DNA of 63,684 bases, filler included, from Octopus bimaculoides (GCF_001194135.2; 3 parts of 3 records of this genome joined end to end with filler, not necessarily neighbours in it), one strand, 5' to 3'; counted from the first letter of the whole stretch, positions 1 through 13,000 are shown. Notes: a model not told the origin generated them from the letters alone. Made by a program: numbers and translations.

Positions 1-217
1 CATAGTAGGTGCCTTAGGTATAATAAAAAAATATTCAGACAAATACATAACAAAAACACCAGAAAATTGCACTACTGGGTACTGCACACATTCTACGCAA
101 AACACTTTCAATACAGTAAACATAAGAGCACCACAGCAAACCACAGCACATACCCAAGGCGCACAGAGCTGCGCTCGGTAGTGAAGTGAAAGCACGTTAT
201 AAAAATAAAACTACTGA
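1..217 (+). mobile_element. 3' end of an R4/Dong-like non-LTR retrotransposon
   Basis: Translates (one deletion) to IVGALGIIKKYSDKYITKTP / QKIALLGTAHILRKTLSIQ*, the C-terminus typical of REL-endonuclease LINEs; followed by a 3' UTR and an (AGT)n/(AAT)n tail at 218-310. Confidence 0.8.
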
Positions 218-250
218 ATAATAATAGTAGTAGTAGTAGTAGTAGTAGTA

Positions 251-304
<54 letters not shown>

Positions 305-2169
305 TATAATGAAATTATTGTTTATAGTGCTCAGGTGCACTACAACTCATCAAAGATGCATGTACAATACATAGGATTATGTGCAAATGTCAAGAAGTGA
401 ATAGTGTAAGAGTCATTATATAAATGTGTGTATGGAGGTGGGGATATCGGGTGTAGTGTTGGAAAATTTCAGCAAGCATGGAAGTTTTAATGGATGTAAT
501 GTCTCTTCACCGCACTACCTACTCTTCTATGTATTTATAACATGGAATTTACTTAACTACCTTTATATTTTCTTAACCCTGTGGTTTTCCTCCATCTTGC
601 TCTTTGCACAAAAGAATAAGCAGGCGCATGCGCGCCCATCTACACGTATGAGATAATGTAAGCGGATAGTGAACGTTCGCGCCTGTGCGCGGATATGCGA
701 ATGTATAGTTTTACTGTTAAGTAGTAAGCCGCCAATTTAATTCCAACTGTCATGTTCCCCTAATGGCTAGAAACGTTATCTCCCTCACTTTCTTCCCCGC
801 CTCTCTTGCTTCCTAGTAAATCCACCTTAATCCCATTCCTAAATATTTAAACTCTTCTATTCCTTCTCTTCTCCTTCTTCACTATTTCAACTGTAAACAT
901 TCTTTCCTTTTCTTTATATTCTGTATACATGTATACGCATGGATACGACAATATACTTATTTACCGTTGACACTGTAAAATGACCCCCAGTTTAATATTC
1001 TCAGCGACCTCCTCCTAAAGCCAGTACCAATCTCACCTAAATTTCCCCTCTTTCCTCTCCACCTTTTCTTCTATTCGTAACAACTTCAGACAATTGCCCA
1101 CTCCCATATTTTTCACCTCTTCCTTCCTTTCGATTACCGACCATTTTATTCGTTCACACATACGTTTTCCTATTTTGCTTCTTCCTTCCTTTCTTCCCGT
1201 TTCACCACACATTTGAAATTATATCTCCGGCAAGTTAACATAGGATTCCTTAAAGGCAATGTAAACTTCATTTAACTAAGGTACCTATTGATTAATTAGT
1301 AGCTACAGGAGTACCCTTCGTTGAATGATTATTTACTTCTGAGGTTCTGCTACCTAGGAAACATATGTAGCCTGGATTTTACATGCTCCATTCCCTCAAT
1401 TTGGATATACATCCATATATATGTGTGTGTATGTGTGTGTGTGTATGTATGTATGTATGTATGTATGTATGTATGTGTGTGTGTGTGTGTGTGTGTGCAT
1501 GTATGCGTCTGTATCTGTGTCTGTATGTATGTGTGCATGTGGATGTATGACTGTTTCGATTCAAATCTTTGCACAACGCCCACAAGTTCAGAAGATGTGT
1601 ATGTCGATTACATCAACTCCAGTACTCAACTGGTAGTAATTACATCGATCCCGAAACGATGAAAGGCAAACTCAACCTCGCCAGAATATAACCCGAGAAC
1701 GTGATGTCAGATTAAATGCTACATAGTATTTTGTCCGGTGTGTTATCAGGCCTAACAGCTCGCCGCCTTGAATTCACTACAAATATGCAGAAATAATTTT
1801 CAAGGGTTTGCTTGTGGAAAGTCTTTGATCATTGTTCTCAATTATCATACAGCATGTTTCCTTTTTAAATTCAACAAAATAAATTTGCGCGTGTGTTTTT
1901 AGATTGAACTTAGCTGCATCAGATTTTGATTGTTTTAGTGCGGTGGATGTCCAGCAGATGTTTTGTACGACAGAAAAATCGGATTGAAGGAAACAATGTT
2001 ATGGAACTCTAACTCCGGTTTACTCTAGATAACTGTCAGAAACAACACACTTTGAAACACAAGGTTGTATTTAGCACTTTTATTAGAAAATACACATCCG
2101 GAACACACGTACATGCAATCAATTATTCACATACTCAATCATACATACGTACCTACACACACACATACG

Positions 2170-2215
<46 letters not shown>

Positions 2216-2489
2216 CATATATACATATATATACATATATANNNNNNNNNNNNNNNNNNNNNNNNNNNNNNNNNNNNNNNNNNNNNNNNNNNNNNNNNNN
2301 NNNNNNNNNNNNNNNNNNNNNNNNNNNNNNNNNNNNNNNNNNNNNNNNNNNNNNNNNNNNNNNNNNNNNNNNNNNNNNNNNNNNNNNNNNNNNNNNNNNN
2401 NNNNNNNNNNNNNNNNNNNNNNNNNNNNNNNNNNNNNNNNNNNNNNNNNNNNNNNNNNNNNNNNNNNNNNNNNNNNNNNNNNNNTCAGT

Positions 2490-2875
2490 CTTTTGACTGT
2501 GGCCATGCTGGAGCACCGCCTTTTTAGTCGAGCAAATCGACCCCAGGATTTATTCTTTAGAAGCCTAGTACTTATTCTATCGAACTCTTTTGCCGAACCG
2601 CTAAGTTACGGGGACATAAACACACCAGCATCGGTTGTCAAGCGATGTTGGGGGGGCCAAACACACACATACAAACATACACACACACATACATATATAT
2701 ATATATACATATATACGACGGGCTTCTTTCAGTTTCCGTCTACCAAATCCACTCACAAGGCTTTGGTCGGCCCGAGGCTATAGTAGAAGACACTTGCCCA
2801 AGATGCCGCGCAGTAGGACTGAACCCGGGACCATGTGGTTGGTAAGCTAGCTACTTACCACACAGCCATTCCTAT
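2490..2875 (-). mobile_element. tRNA-derived SINE, family B (internal TA/TG microsatellite)
   Basis: Recurrent sequence ggttcagtcccactg...gcaagtgtcttctactatagcc...ggatttggtagacggaaactgaaagaagcccgtcg-(TA/TG)n-...ggtgctccagcatggccgcagtcaaatgactgaaaca. Further full or partial copies at about 17150-17500(-), 17830-17990(-), 18175-18300(-), 18330-18700(+), 25213-25385(+), 26270-26385(-), 30535-30700(-), 37820-38200(-), 39920-40220(+), 42340-42590(-), 43260-43745(-), 44490-44640(+), 50125-50290(-), 51860-52040(+), 61255-61640(+). Confidence 0.85.
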
Positions 2876-3829
2876 ATATGTATCGAATTTATTTTGTTGT
2901 AAATATAAATTACGATTTCAGAGAAGGGATTTATAGAAGTAACAGTCCCCTGGTGGGATAATCTAACATATTGCTTTACGTTTAGACACATCGTCCTTGT
3001 TTTCCTTGAAGAGTTCTAGTGATTATCATTGAGGTAATCCTCAGAGAACGTTTACAAGTTATTGGAATACCGATTTAGTCAAACTGCAGAAATTGTATAT
3101 TATGAGGATTTAGAAAATTATAGTGAATAAACTCCAGTATGATTCCCTGAAGATGAAGTTTTATTGAATACAGTAGTGTTAATATTATACTGATGTCTAT
3201 AAAAACCTGCAGACTGCAAGAATAAATAGTTCGTAATAATTAAAACGACAGTAGCAATAATAATTGTTTCTTCCATTCTCGCAATCACACAAATGTGTAA
3301 TAAAGGTTATAGTTGCTTTAAGCAAATATGTTTTGCTGACGTTGTAGGGAGGAGAGTAAAAGTCACTTTTAATAGCATTTAAACGAAGTAATTTACGTAC
3401 TGAGAGCTAAACACTGAAGAGTAGTAAAACCCATACTCAATTCCTTTGCCGTTAAAAGATACGAGTTTAACACATTTTTCAAACTCTGGCAAAAGTGTAG
3501 ATATTGTGAGAGAGAGGGTTCAGTTAATCTGATCTAATCTAATCTAATCACAGTGGTATATCATAATTCTTAATATTATATTCAAATATAAAGCAGTGAA
3601 CTGAAAAAATCGTTACCACACCGGACGAAATGCTTGGCAGGATTTTCCGCCAGTTCTTTACCTTCTGAGTTCGAATTTCACCGAGAGTATCCTTGCTTTT
3701 CCTCTTTTGGGGGTTGATATAATACGTACCAGTCGAGCCTTGAGGCCCATGCAATCCACTTAACCCCCTCCCCCTCGCGATTGCCGGCCTTGTGTCAAAA
3801 TCTGAAATGGATATTATATTCAAATATAA

Positions 3830-4020
3830 TCCGGCGAGCTGGCAGAATGCTTAGCGACTTTTCGTCCATCTTTACATTCTGTGGTCAAATGCCGCCGAGG
3901 TCGATTTTGCCTTTCATTATTTAGGGATCGATAAAATAAGTACCAGTGGAGTACTGGGCCCGATGTAATTGGCTTACATCCTCCCCTGAGATTGTTGGCC
4001 TCGTATCAAAACCTGAAACC
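3830..4020 (+). mobile_element. tRNA-derived SINE, family A
   Basis: Recurrent ggcgagctggcagaa...ttctgagttcaaattccgccgaggtcgactttgcctttcatcctttcggggtcgataaaataagtaccagt. Other copies at about 1600-1770(-), 3610-3800(-), 13480-13640(+), 15715-15940(+), 28330-28510(-), 31380-31510(-), 33465-33670(-), 35160-35300(-), 37310-37810(+), 38230-38590(+), 39480-39920(+), 55170-55560(+), 61980-62490(-). Confidence 0.85.
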
Positions 4021-4700
4021 AGTCTTTTTATTCAAACAAAAGCCGGCGAGCTGGCAGGAACTTTAGCACGCCGGGCGAATTGCTGAGAGTAATTTCAAAC
4101 ACGTCTTCTATTCAAGGTCGTGATACGATCATTTGTAAATAGTGGTCTCAGTAGACCATTAGGCGTGGTACTGTTTTACTATGTTCAACGTCTTGCTGTA
4201 GTTTCCATTTATTTTGGTGTGTGCTGTGTACGCAGTAACTTGTAGTATAAGTTGTTAATGTCATGCAAATGTGTACTCCCTGGATTTGTGGCTATGTATG
4301 CACTTGTTAATTTTAAGGAAATTTCCGAGATCGCCAATAATTATGGGAAATATTTCTAATTTCAGATTAGGCGCCTCTACTCAAATGCTTGCTATTGTTT
4401 CTCAGCTGTCAAATACTTCGGCTTTTAAATTTTGGGGCTTTCTGCAGCTATTAATATTAGTTCCTTACAGTAGATATTATATAAATTTTTATAATTATAG
4501 GCCTTACAGTATCTTAATTATTATCTTATTATTGTTAATTCTTTTAGCCTTTAGGTGAAAATAAGATAATTATAAATATAAATTATAGCTGCAAAAACGA
4601 ACAATTAGCGTATTTAAACTTTTTATTATATTTTGGGATTGAGATCCGATGTAATATTATAATGCAAATTTCATGAGGAAACATAGTTTCTGCTTTCTTT

Positions 4701-4732
<32 letters not shown>

Positions 4733-4739
4733 TGCTTTC

Positions 4740-4869
4740 CTTCGTTCAATTTTGTCCCCGTTTCTGGCCGAGTGTATTCCAGCACCTAGAGCAAAAAAAA
4801 CTCATTGTATACATTGATAACGCCATTGGAATAAACACACCAGATTGTTCAATCATAAAATAAATTGCC

Positions 4870-4908
<39 letters not shown>

Positions 4909-5960
4909 AAATTACATGGGGGTAACAGTTCTCGCGGTGAAAATTCTTTTCGCGATATGTGTGACGTACTGGTTATGGATGGTAAAACAGGAATCATTCT
5001 CAAATAGTTTTCAGTTCTTTAAATGCTCCTACAATTCTCATAATGTAACCGTCTTGGGGTCTCGCGTTATTTTCGATTTCAGTGAGCAAATATTTTTATT
5101 TTCTATGCTTGTCAAATTCTTTTGCCGAGATATCATGATCACAAGAAAAGCTCATGGCGATCAATAAACAGATTTTATTGCCTTGGTCTTTCGCAACAAC
5201 ATCCGGTTTATTAGCTTTGATAGTTCGGTTTGTATACACTGGAATGTACCAAAGAATCGTTACATTTTCTCCCTCAGTTACAGCCTCAGGATGGTGTTTA
5301 TACTACTCGTCAACAATTTTGATTTCATATTAATGACATATTAATGATGTATTAACCAGAGTAGTTTTTGGCCAACTCTATCATGCTTTGGTTTATTCAT
5401 CACTGGTGCTAAGACATTACATCCAGGCATTAAGTGGTTCGCTGTTCCAATCTCATCGTTGCAGAATTGGTACTACTCTATTTTTCATCACATTCACCTG
5501 GTATTTCCGGGTCAAGAAGCTTTGATCTGGAGCAACTAAGAAGAAGCTTTCACGCTCTGCCTTTAGCCATGAGCTTTGTAGCCGCAGGTGGTGTACTTCT
5601 GATCAACATCAGCTAGTTTGCTACGGGTCATATATTTGCCATGCAGAGATTTCTGCTCCCACCTATCAACCAACTGTTCATGTGTTTTTTTTCCCTTATG
5701 CTATTCAAAGAACTCAATAACAAATTTTAAACTCTCCTTCATAATAGAATGAATCATTTTATGTCTCTGACGATTTTCAACGAGTTGTAGCATCTAGTCT
5801 TCCGATATTTCAAGATATTTGGTTAGTACAATTGTAGTGGTTTTGTAAGAGATTTCAAATTGGATCAATTCGCGATCTCTTGGGCCTCTGGGAGGATAAA
5901 AGATGATCCACATCTGCTTTTGGGCGGTGCATCTGATTGCAAGTCAGCAGTTTATGTATT
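4740..5960 (-). mobile_element. Decayed R4/Dong-like LINE (zinc-knuckle plus REL endonuclease region)
   Basis: Broken frames give WLKAERESFFLVAPDQSFLTRKYQVNVMK, FCNDEIGTANHLMPGC and KPDVVAKDQGNKICLLI; the 3' end abuts (ATT)n at 4700-4735. Confidence 0.8.
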
Positions 5961-6769
5961 TTTTCTGTCAATTCGTTTTTTATTTCACTGATATTCCAGT
6001 TCAACAGCCTATATTATTATATTTTTTTCTTCTTTTTTTTTCTGGTAGAGAAGTGGTGCTTTGACGCAGGTGCCGAAGTCAGGAATCCTTGATATTCAGC
6101 TTCGAGTCTCTTGCCCCACAGCCATTAAACTGGTGATTCCTTGTCTTCTTTATCTACGTTCAGCTTTATCATTGCATCGTCCGTATGAGGATCTATTCTT
6201 TGCCATCACTTTTATCATCATATACTTGCAGTGCTCTGTTTAGATTTGAATATCAGCTTTTCACAATTTCTGAAATACTTTCTGTCTTTTTCTCCTAACT
6301 TTCTGCAATGTAAAACTATATTCAATTGTAGGCTTCATTTCACACAAACACTTCGCTTTAGGTTGTTCGTGCTTCATAGGAACGCATGTTCATTTTCCAT
6401 GACTCTTTACTAGATAGAATGCTAGTCCAATAATAATAGTCTATTTGCATACCAACCCTAACACATTGTGTTCGCAGTAAGTCACGTGTTGTGTATTCGA
6501 AATGAAATCTTTTGTTCTTGTTCTTTATTTTTTTGTCTAGAATTCCTGGTTGTTTTGGCGTCCAATTGACAATGATGAAGCTGTAATTTATTACTTAGGT
6601 AGCTAGATTATTGATGTTTATTACTAACTTTTAGCAGATTCAAGTATTAACCTAATGAGTCTATCCCTTCCTCTCCTCACCTTCTATTTTGGTCTGCTTT
6701 ACGTTTTCTACTTCATTGATTTCTAAGTATTCTGTTTGTCTCTGTTTTTTCCTAACTTTCGTATCTGTT

Positions 6770-7025
6770 TCTTTGTCTAACATGTGATTAGCATTCTTAA
6801 ATTATATTCTCTCTCTTCAAAGTTGCCCTGACGCATTTGGTTAATCGGAATCTGATAAAATTTCTCACCAGAAAATCTATGTAATCTCTGCAGTAGTGTT
6901 CCTAGATGTTTATAATTTATAGTGATGGACTTAAGGTCGTCTATATAAAGTAAGTGGCTGATTATTTTATCATGACATTTGTAACAGAATCCTGTCCTGT
7001 TTAACATGTCGGAGAAAGGTGACAA
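6770..7025 (-). mobile_element. R4-like reverse transcriptase fragment
   Basis: ORF 6777..7025 contains KIISHLLYIDDLK, a YxDD catalytic motif in the SHLLYMDDLK context of this clade. Confidence 0.75.
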
Positions 7026-7065
7026 CTCTAGACACTAGAGACAGGGATTATCATCATCATCATCA

Positions 7066-7114
<49 letters not shown>

Positions 7115-7119
7115 CATTA

Positions 7120-7560
7120 TTGTCTTCTTTCAAATTTGCTTCCATCTCTTGAAGAGTGCCTTCTCAACACCTAGAAAAAATTCACTGTATAGATTGGTAG
7201 GCCAGCAAAAGAAACACACCACTGTTCATTTAAAAAAGTCATGTGATAGATAAAGTAGGAAAGGAAAAGCAGAGAGTAAAAAGAAAGAAGGAAAAAAAGA
7301 AAAGGATGAAAAAAGAAAACGAAGAATATAAAGGGGGATAAGAAAAGAAAATACATAGCGACAATGCTCTTCTCAATACGTGTGACAATCTTATGCACTT
7401 TCTGCATAGATGGTAAGCCAGAGGTCATCCTCAAATAATTTTCAGTTCCTCTTTTGATCATTCCAAATGCTCCGACAATCACTGGTATTGTAACTATCTT
7501 GAGATGCCACATTTTTTTCGATTTCGATCCGAAAATCTTTCTATTTACTGAGCCTGTCAA
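7120..7560 (-). mobile_element. R4/Dong-like LINE 3' end
   Basis: KKMWHLKIVTIPVIVGAFGMIKRGTENYL; ends at (ATT)n 7050-7120. Confidence 0.8.
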
Positions 7561-7579
7561 ATAGTTTTGCTATTATTAT

Positions 7580-8773
7580 TGTTTTTTTTTTCCTTCTTTC
7601 TTCAAATTTTCTTCCATTTCTCGCCGAGTGTTTTCTGTACACATTGGGCAGAGAATCTCATTGTATGCATTCCCAGTTTACGCACGCAAATTCACATGTA
7701 AGATAGGTATTTAAAACAAATTAATAAATAAATAAATTCATGAATGGAAGTTGTTTTCACAGCGATAATGCTCTTCTCAGTATAAGAGTCGTTCCAGTTA
7801 ACACGAATTTTTGTACTTTCTGTAGAGTTAAGGTTAGGGTTAGGGTTTCAAATAGGTTTCAGTACCTTTTTTATCATTCCTGGAGGTCTTACAATCACTG
7901 GTACGGTAGTCACCTTGAGATGCCACATTTTTTCAATTTCTATTAGCAAGTCTTTATATTTACTGATCTTGTCAAATTCTTTCGCCGCTATATTATGATC
8001 GCAAGGAATACTCATGTCAATTAATAAACACATCTTTTTTTTGCGATCTTTTATAATAATATCCGGTTTATTAGCTTTTATAGTTCTGTCGGTATGTACG
8101 GGGAAGTCCCAGATAATCGACACATTTTCTCCCGCAGTCACAGCTTCAGGATGGTATTTATACCATTTGTCAGCTGCTTTGATTTTATAATGCCGACATA
8201 TCGTCCAGTGTAAATACTGGCCGACTCTGTCATGACTTGCTTTATATTCTACAGGTGCTAAGACTCTATATCCTGATATTAGGTGGTCTATAGTTTCAGT
8301 CTCATCGTTACAGAATCGGCATTGTGGGTCAGCTCCATTTTTTATTACATTGACTTGGTAGTTCCTTGTTAATAAGCTTTCGTCTTGAGCAGCTAATATG
8401 AAACCTTCACTCTTTTAGCCCTGAGCTTTGTAACCTTGGATATGTGTGTTTCTGGTCGACATCAGCCTGTTTGCTACGGGCCACATACGTGCCGTGCAGA
8501 GGTTTCTGTTCCCATCTGCTAGCTAATTTCCATGTGCTTTTGTCTTTGCAATTAATTTTATTTTCTTTGCAGCAGCAGTTGGCGCATTTCCTTCAACCTG
8601 ATTAATCTGGTAGGTATCTAAGAGATCACTAGCGAATTTGTTTTGCTCTCTTTCGGAATAGAGGGACGTTTTTTCGGTCTTTCATGTTTTTCAACAAGTT
8701 TTAGCATCCAATCGTTGGTTGTTTCAAGGTCTCTGGTCAGTCCGATTGTGGTGGTTTTGTACGTAAGTTCAAA

Positions 8774-8775
<2 letters not shown>
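7580..8775 (-). mobile_element. R4/Dong-like LINE, 5'-truncated (thumb, CCHC knuckle, REL endonuclease)
   Basis: ORF 7848..8141 WDFPVHTDRTIKANKPDIIIKDRKKKMCLLIDMSIPCDHNIAAKEFDKISKYKDL (PD..D..E..K..Y REL motif); upstream ELTYKTTTIGLTRDLETTNDWMLKLV at 8620-8775. Confidence 0.85.
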
Positions 8776-8837
<62 letters not shown>

Positions 8838-8839
8838 TT

Positions 8840-9000
8840 ATGTTTGACTTTTGCTTTGCCTTTGTACAAGTTGGATCCAAGTCTCACCCAGAGACCTCAA
8901 GAGACAACAAGTTAGAAGTTCATGTAGGTGTTATGCCTAGGGTACCATATATTTGGATTTGTATATAGTGTTGTTCTAGAGAATGTTTAGGAAACCATAA
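8840..9000 (-). mobile_element. 3' UTR of a second R4-like LINE family
   Basis: Unique 3' sequence (gtctcttgaggtctctgggtgagacttggatcc) ending in a long (AAT)n tail at 8775-8840. Confidence 0.5.
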
Positions 9001-9012
9001 GAAAACTATGTG

Positions 9013-9057
<45 letters not shown>

Positions 9058-9613
9058 GAGAGAGAGAGAGAGATCAACGGATGCCACCAAAGTGACACGG
9101 GGTACAATTACACGAAAATCAGTACACCCAACATAACTACCTGTCTGATAAGGGTATGTTAGGTGTATGCACAGCAATATGTGTGCAACATGGTGATCTC
9201 ATATCAAGATAAAGGTCCCTGGATAAGGGCTGTGTAAGAATGTTTAATGAAACACCCCTGTTTCCAGAGGTGAATTAGATAAACCCCAAACATTTCCTCT
9301 CAACACACGGCTATGATGCTTCCCAACTACTTCTGCTCATGATCAGCGATACACATATTGTCATCCACCAAGGGACATGCTCAACTGGCTAAAGTCAAAC
9401 AAATGACATGCAAAGCTTTGGTATTGAGCAGAACATTTGCTGTAGCCCGTCTTTTACACCAAGAAAAAACATGTACATGACAACATTTCCAATCAGTTAA
9501 GATCAGAAGCCAGCAGAGTCAATGCCAGGAATTGCTATTATCATTGCATATACGCTCAACCATTATTAGCATCATTAAATCTGCTGCTACTACTACTACT
9601 ACTACTACTGCTG

Positions 9614-9682
<69 letters not shown>

Positions 9683-9743
9683 TACAACAAGTAGATCGGT
9701 ATGAGCTATAAGGTCATTCATAACGAAAACATACCTACAGACA

Positions 9744-10603
9744 CACGAGAGGGTACCCAAAAGAAACTGGAATTTTGCAATATTATTTTATTCAGCTTGT
9801 TTTACATGTTTACAATTTTATAGCATTCAAAATATTCTTCATTTGAAGAAATGCATCGGTCCAGACGCCTTTTCCGTTGTTTAAAGCGAAGTGATGCATT
9901 CTTACACCTCTGTTGTTTCTTTTTTTTTTCCACTTCTTCCACATCAGCAAATTCCTTAACACCACCTTTCGTCACCAGTGATCAACTTCGAAAAAAGCCC
10001 GGATCAGTTTCCAACTCTTCTTTCAATTAACAACACACATTCAGTTGTGACTTCTTTTGATCTTCCGTGACAAATTTTGTTGCAACGCTTTTCATTCGCA
10101 ATTCCTCGCTCATAATTCGTCGACAGGAGCTCCAGGACACACCAGTCATATCAACAAGTTCGTCAATTGTTCGGCGACGACCCTCCATGATCAGGTCATG
10201 AATTTTCGTGATGTTTTCCTTCAACTAGGAGGTCGACGGTCGCCCTGGACGAGCGACAAGTGACCATTCCTAAAGTATGAACACCACTCATAAACTTGTG
10301 TTTGGCCATGGCAGCGTGTTTAGAAGTATGACAACTATTTCGGCCGCCGTTTTTCCCAGAGAAAACAGAATTTCACGGAAGCACGCCGTTCTTTCGTGCC
10401 AGCCATCACAAAAATCAACGAACAGAAGCACTGCAAAGCACTTCAAAGCAATGACAAACCACGTAACAGTAGGACTACACTCGACGACGACGGTCGAATC
10501 ACTGATGCCTGAGGGTCACATCAAGTGCCTTGTAGCGGTGAAGGCCTGAACTACATAGGGCTTGTCCCACAGAGAGAGTTTCCGGTTGCTTTTGGGTACC
10601 CCT
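9744..10603 (-). mobile_element. Internally deleted mariner (Tc1/mariner) with both TIRs
   Basis: TIR pair gagggtacccaaaagaaactggaa (9749-9772) / ttccggttgcttttgggtacccct (10580-10603); minus-strand peptide KIHDLIMEGRRRTIDELVDMTGVSWSSCRRIMSEELRMKSVATKFV and C-terminal RRLDRCISSNEEYF. Confidence 0.85.
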
Positions 10604-10716
10604 ACAAACATACATACATACATACATACATACATGCATGCATACATACGTACATACATACATACATACATACATACATACATACATACATACATACATA
10701 CATACATACATACATA

Positions 10717-10850
10717 CTGCCTAAATACCCATCTTGAGAAATTAGGCTTCTCGAAACCAGAAAGGAGAAAGCTAATTCGAATACTACAGATCCAATCTAT
10801 CACTGGAACTGTAAGAATCTGTGAAACTTTCCAAAAGTTTACCATTTATA
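10717..10850 (+). mobile_element. 3' coding end of a REL-type non-LTR element embedded in (TACA)n
   Basis: CLNTHLEKLGFSKPERRKLIRILQIQSITGTVRICETFQKF resembles C-termini of REL-endonuclease LINEs; flanked on both sides by (TACA)n. Confidence 0.55.
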
Positions 10851-11459
10851 CATATATGAGCAGGTGTAGATATGCAACTAAATGCATGAGTATAGGTACA
10901 TAAAGCAAATCATACAAACCTGTACATATACATACATACATACATACATACATACGTACATAAATATATACATACATAAATATATACATACATACATACA
11001 TGCATACATATATACATACACAATTTCCCCGTTGTTGATGTTGAAATTCCAATGAAACAGCGTTGAATCTAGGTTAGAAACCGATTTTTTCTCTATTGGC
11101 AAGAAATCTTGAAATAAATTGAACACTGACATATATACATACATACATAAATACATGCATATATATAAAAATACTGTGTTAATGTAGAAATTCCAATGAA
11201 GGAATTTTGGATTAGAACCTGACATATATACCTACATATATACATATCAACACACAATAGACGCGCAGACAACAGTGTCACACACACACACACACAATAA
11301 ATGCACAAAAAACTCACGCACGCATGTGTCCGATGGCCTTTTACACACACCTAAAAGCTACAGAAAATTACACGCACACACACGTTACTCATACACAGTA
11401 TACACGCGCACATTAGCTCCTACATATATGCTTTGCACACACATCAGATAGCTTTACTC

Positions 11460-11760
11460 ACTTCAACACATATACATGCGTCCACACACAGCACTCACAC
11501 ATAAATATACACATAGACATCGTTCCATACACGCATGTAAATGTTTACGTACATGCATACACACACACGCATACACACTGACCCTCTCATACATGCCTCC
11601 ACACACGCTCATGCAATCTTCATACCCACACACACACACGGTTTCCCACATACACGCATACACATGCACTCGCCGACACACACACATGTACACACGCACA
11701 CATTATTCTCCCATGCACACACGCACACACTATTCTCCCATGCACACACACACACACACT
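11460..11760. repeat. Compound (CA)-rich degenerate microsatellite with a ~30-bp tandem duplication (ctattctcccatgcacac)
   Basis: Direct reading; it explains the His/Thr and Val/Cys pseudo-ORFs in the track. Confidence 0.9.
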
Positions 11761-12409
11761 TTCGCCAGGTTATTGTTGTCTTCCTTGCCAACCTTGTCTC
11801 CAACCACTTCCTTCCTTCCAGTCAATTCAAAACATCCAACTGTTAATTCAGACATGTTCTTTTTTTCTCTTTCCCTTGTTTTCTTTCTCCATCTATTTTC
11901 TCTTTTCATCCCTTTCTATACAATAGATTAGGCTCGAAACGTTAAATACTCTTCCCTTTTTCCTGAGCATCACACTATTACACCTTGTTTGCAATTCTCT
12001 CACATGTTTCGATCTGTTTTTCTGTTTTGTTTTGTTTTGGTACAAATTTGAAGCGTCGTACATCCAACAATCCTAATTTATAGATATTGCAGACAAATAT
12101 TGTGGCTAACAAATACGTTAAACTGAAGAAAACAAACAAGCAGCTAAGTGAGTAGTGCTAAGAAACAAAAGCAGAAAGACCAGTGTTTCAGACAACAGAA
12201 CAAATGTAGCTATCCAGAAACACAATGAGAACAATGTACCCGTCCATGCTGCAATCTTTTCTGGAGGCGGTGTAAAATATTTTTCCTTCTCCTACCGATA
12301 TTACACGATGCAGCTAGATTGAAAATATTGTTTCATCGATGTTCTGAATTGTTCGATAAGGTACTCAACATGTGCCATTCACCTCTTGTACTGTATGTTT
12401 GTAGACGAG

Positions 12410-12640
12410 CGACACTTAGTGGTTAGGTTGTTGCATCTATGATCGTAAGATTCTGGTTTTAATGCCTGGACTGAGCAATGCGTTATATTCTTGAGCAAAA
12501 CACTATATTTCACATTGCTCCAAACCACTCAGCTGACGAAAGCGAGTCATCTTGAGACAGACCGGAATCCTATCTGTGGGGAGGGTTACATATAAGCTAC
12601 AGGAACAGGAAAACCGACCTGATGAGCCTATAGCTCGGGA
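12410..12640 (+). mobile_element. tRNA-derived SINE, family D
   Basis: tagtggttagg...ttcttgagcaaaacact(a/t)tatttcacattgctcca...cactcagctg; other copies 25405-25690(+), 40245-40470(+), 42900-43170(-). Confidence 0.75.
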
Positions 12641-12699
12641 AAGATTTTTGAGTTTTTTGAGAATACGTTTGGCTCCATAGCCATGTTCTGCGGATCCTT

Positions 12700-13000
12700 T
12701 CCGATGTTTTACAAAGTTATTGTAAATGCCTAAATTTGATAGGAAGAAATATCACGTTAAAGCCATTCCTTCACCGAGAAAGGTAGGAAAGACCTGGTAA
12801 ACGACAAACAACACAGAAACACAGCACAGGAGCTCTTTGCAAGTCCAAATCATATTGCAATGATAAATTATTGTTCAAACCTAATGTCGTGATTTCACGT
12901 GACAAAACGTTTCTAATTGTCGAGTTGACGCTAGACTTTTATGCCAATTTACATTAAGCACACGAAAAGAACAGCTTAAAATATGGAAGACGCTCTGAAC
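12700..13000 (+). mobile_element. Very decayed REL-endonuclease LINE fragment
   Basis: LLFKPNVVISRDKTFLIVELTLDF then HEKNSLKY after a frameshift, resembling the PD..ELT...HERK..KY motif. Confidence 0.4.

Noticed and set aside
1321-2783. His/Thr-, Val/Cys- and poly-X-rich ORFs in the track (also 10499-11931, 20623-21539, 32431-32808, 43353-44540)
   Set aside because: Translations of (CA)n, (TACA)n, (CT)n microsatellites and N gaps.
7826-7848. TTAGGG-like runs (also 49170-49190, 54697-54712, 57085-57105)
   Set aside because: Only 2-3 imperfect units, mostly inside transposon sequence; no evidence of an interstitial telomere.
12600-12645. ctgatgagcctatagctcgggaaa in a family D SINE, hammerhead-like
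   Set aside because: Stem II does not abut GAAA correctly, there is no stem I/III, and the motif is absent from other family D copies.
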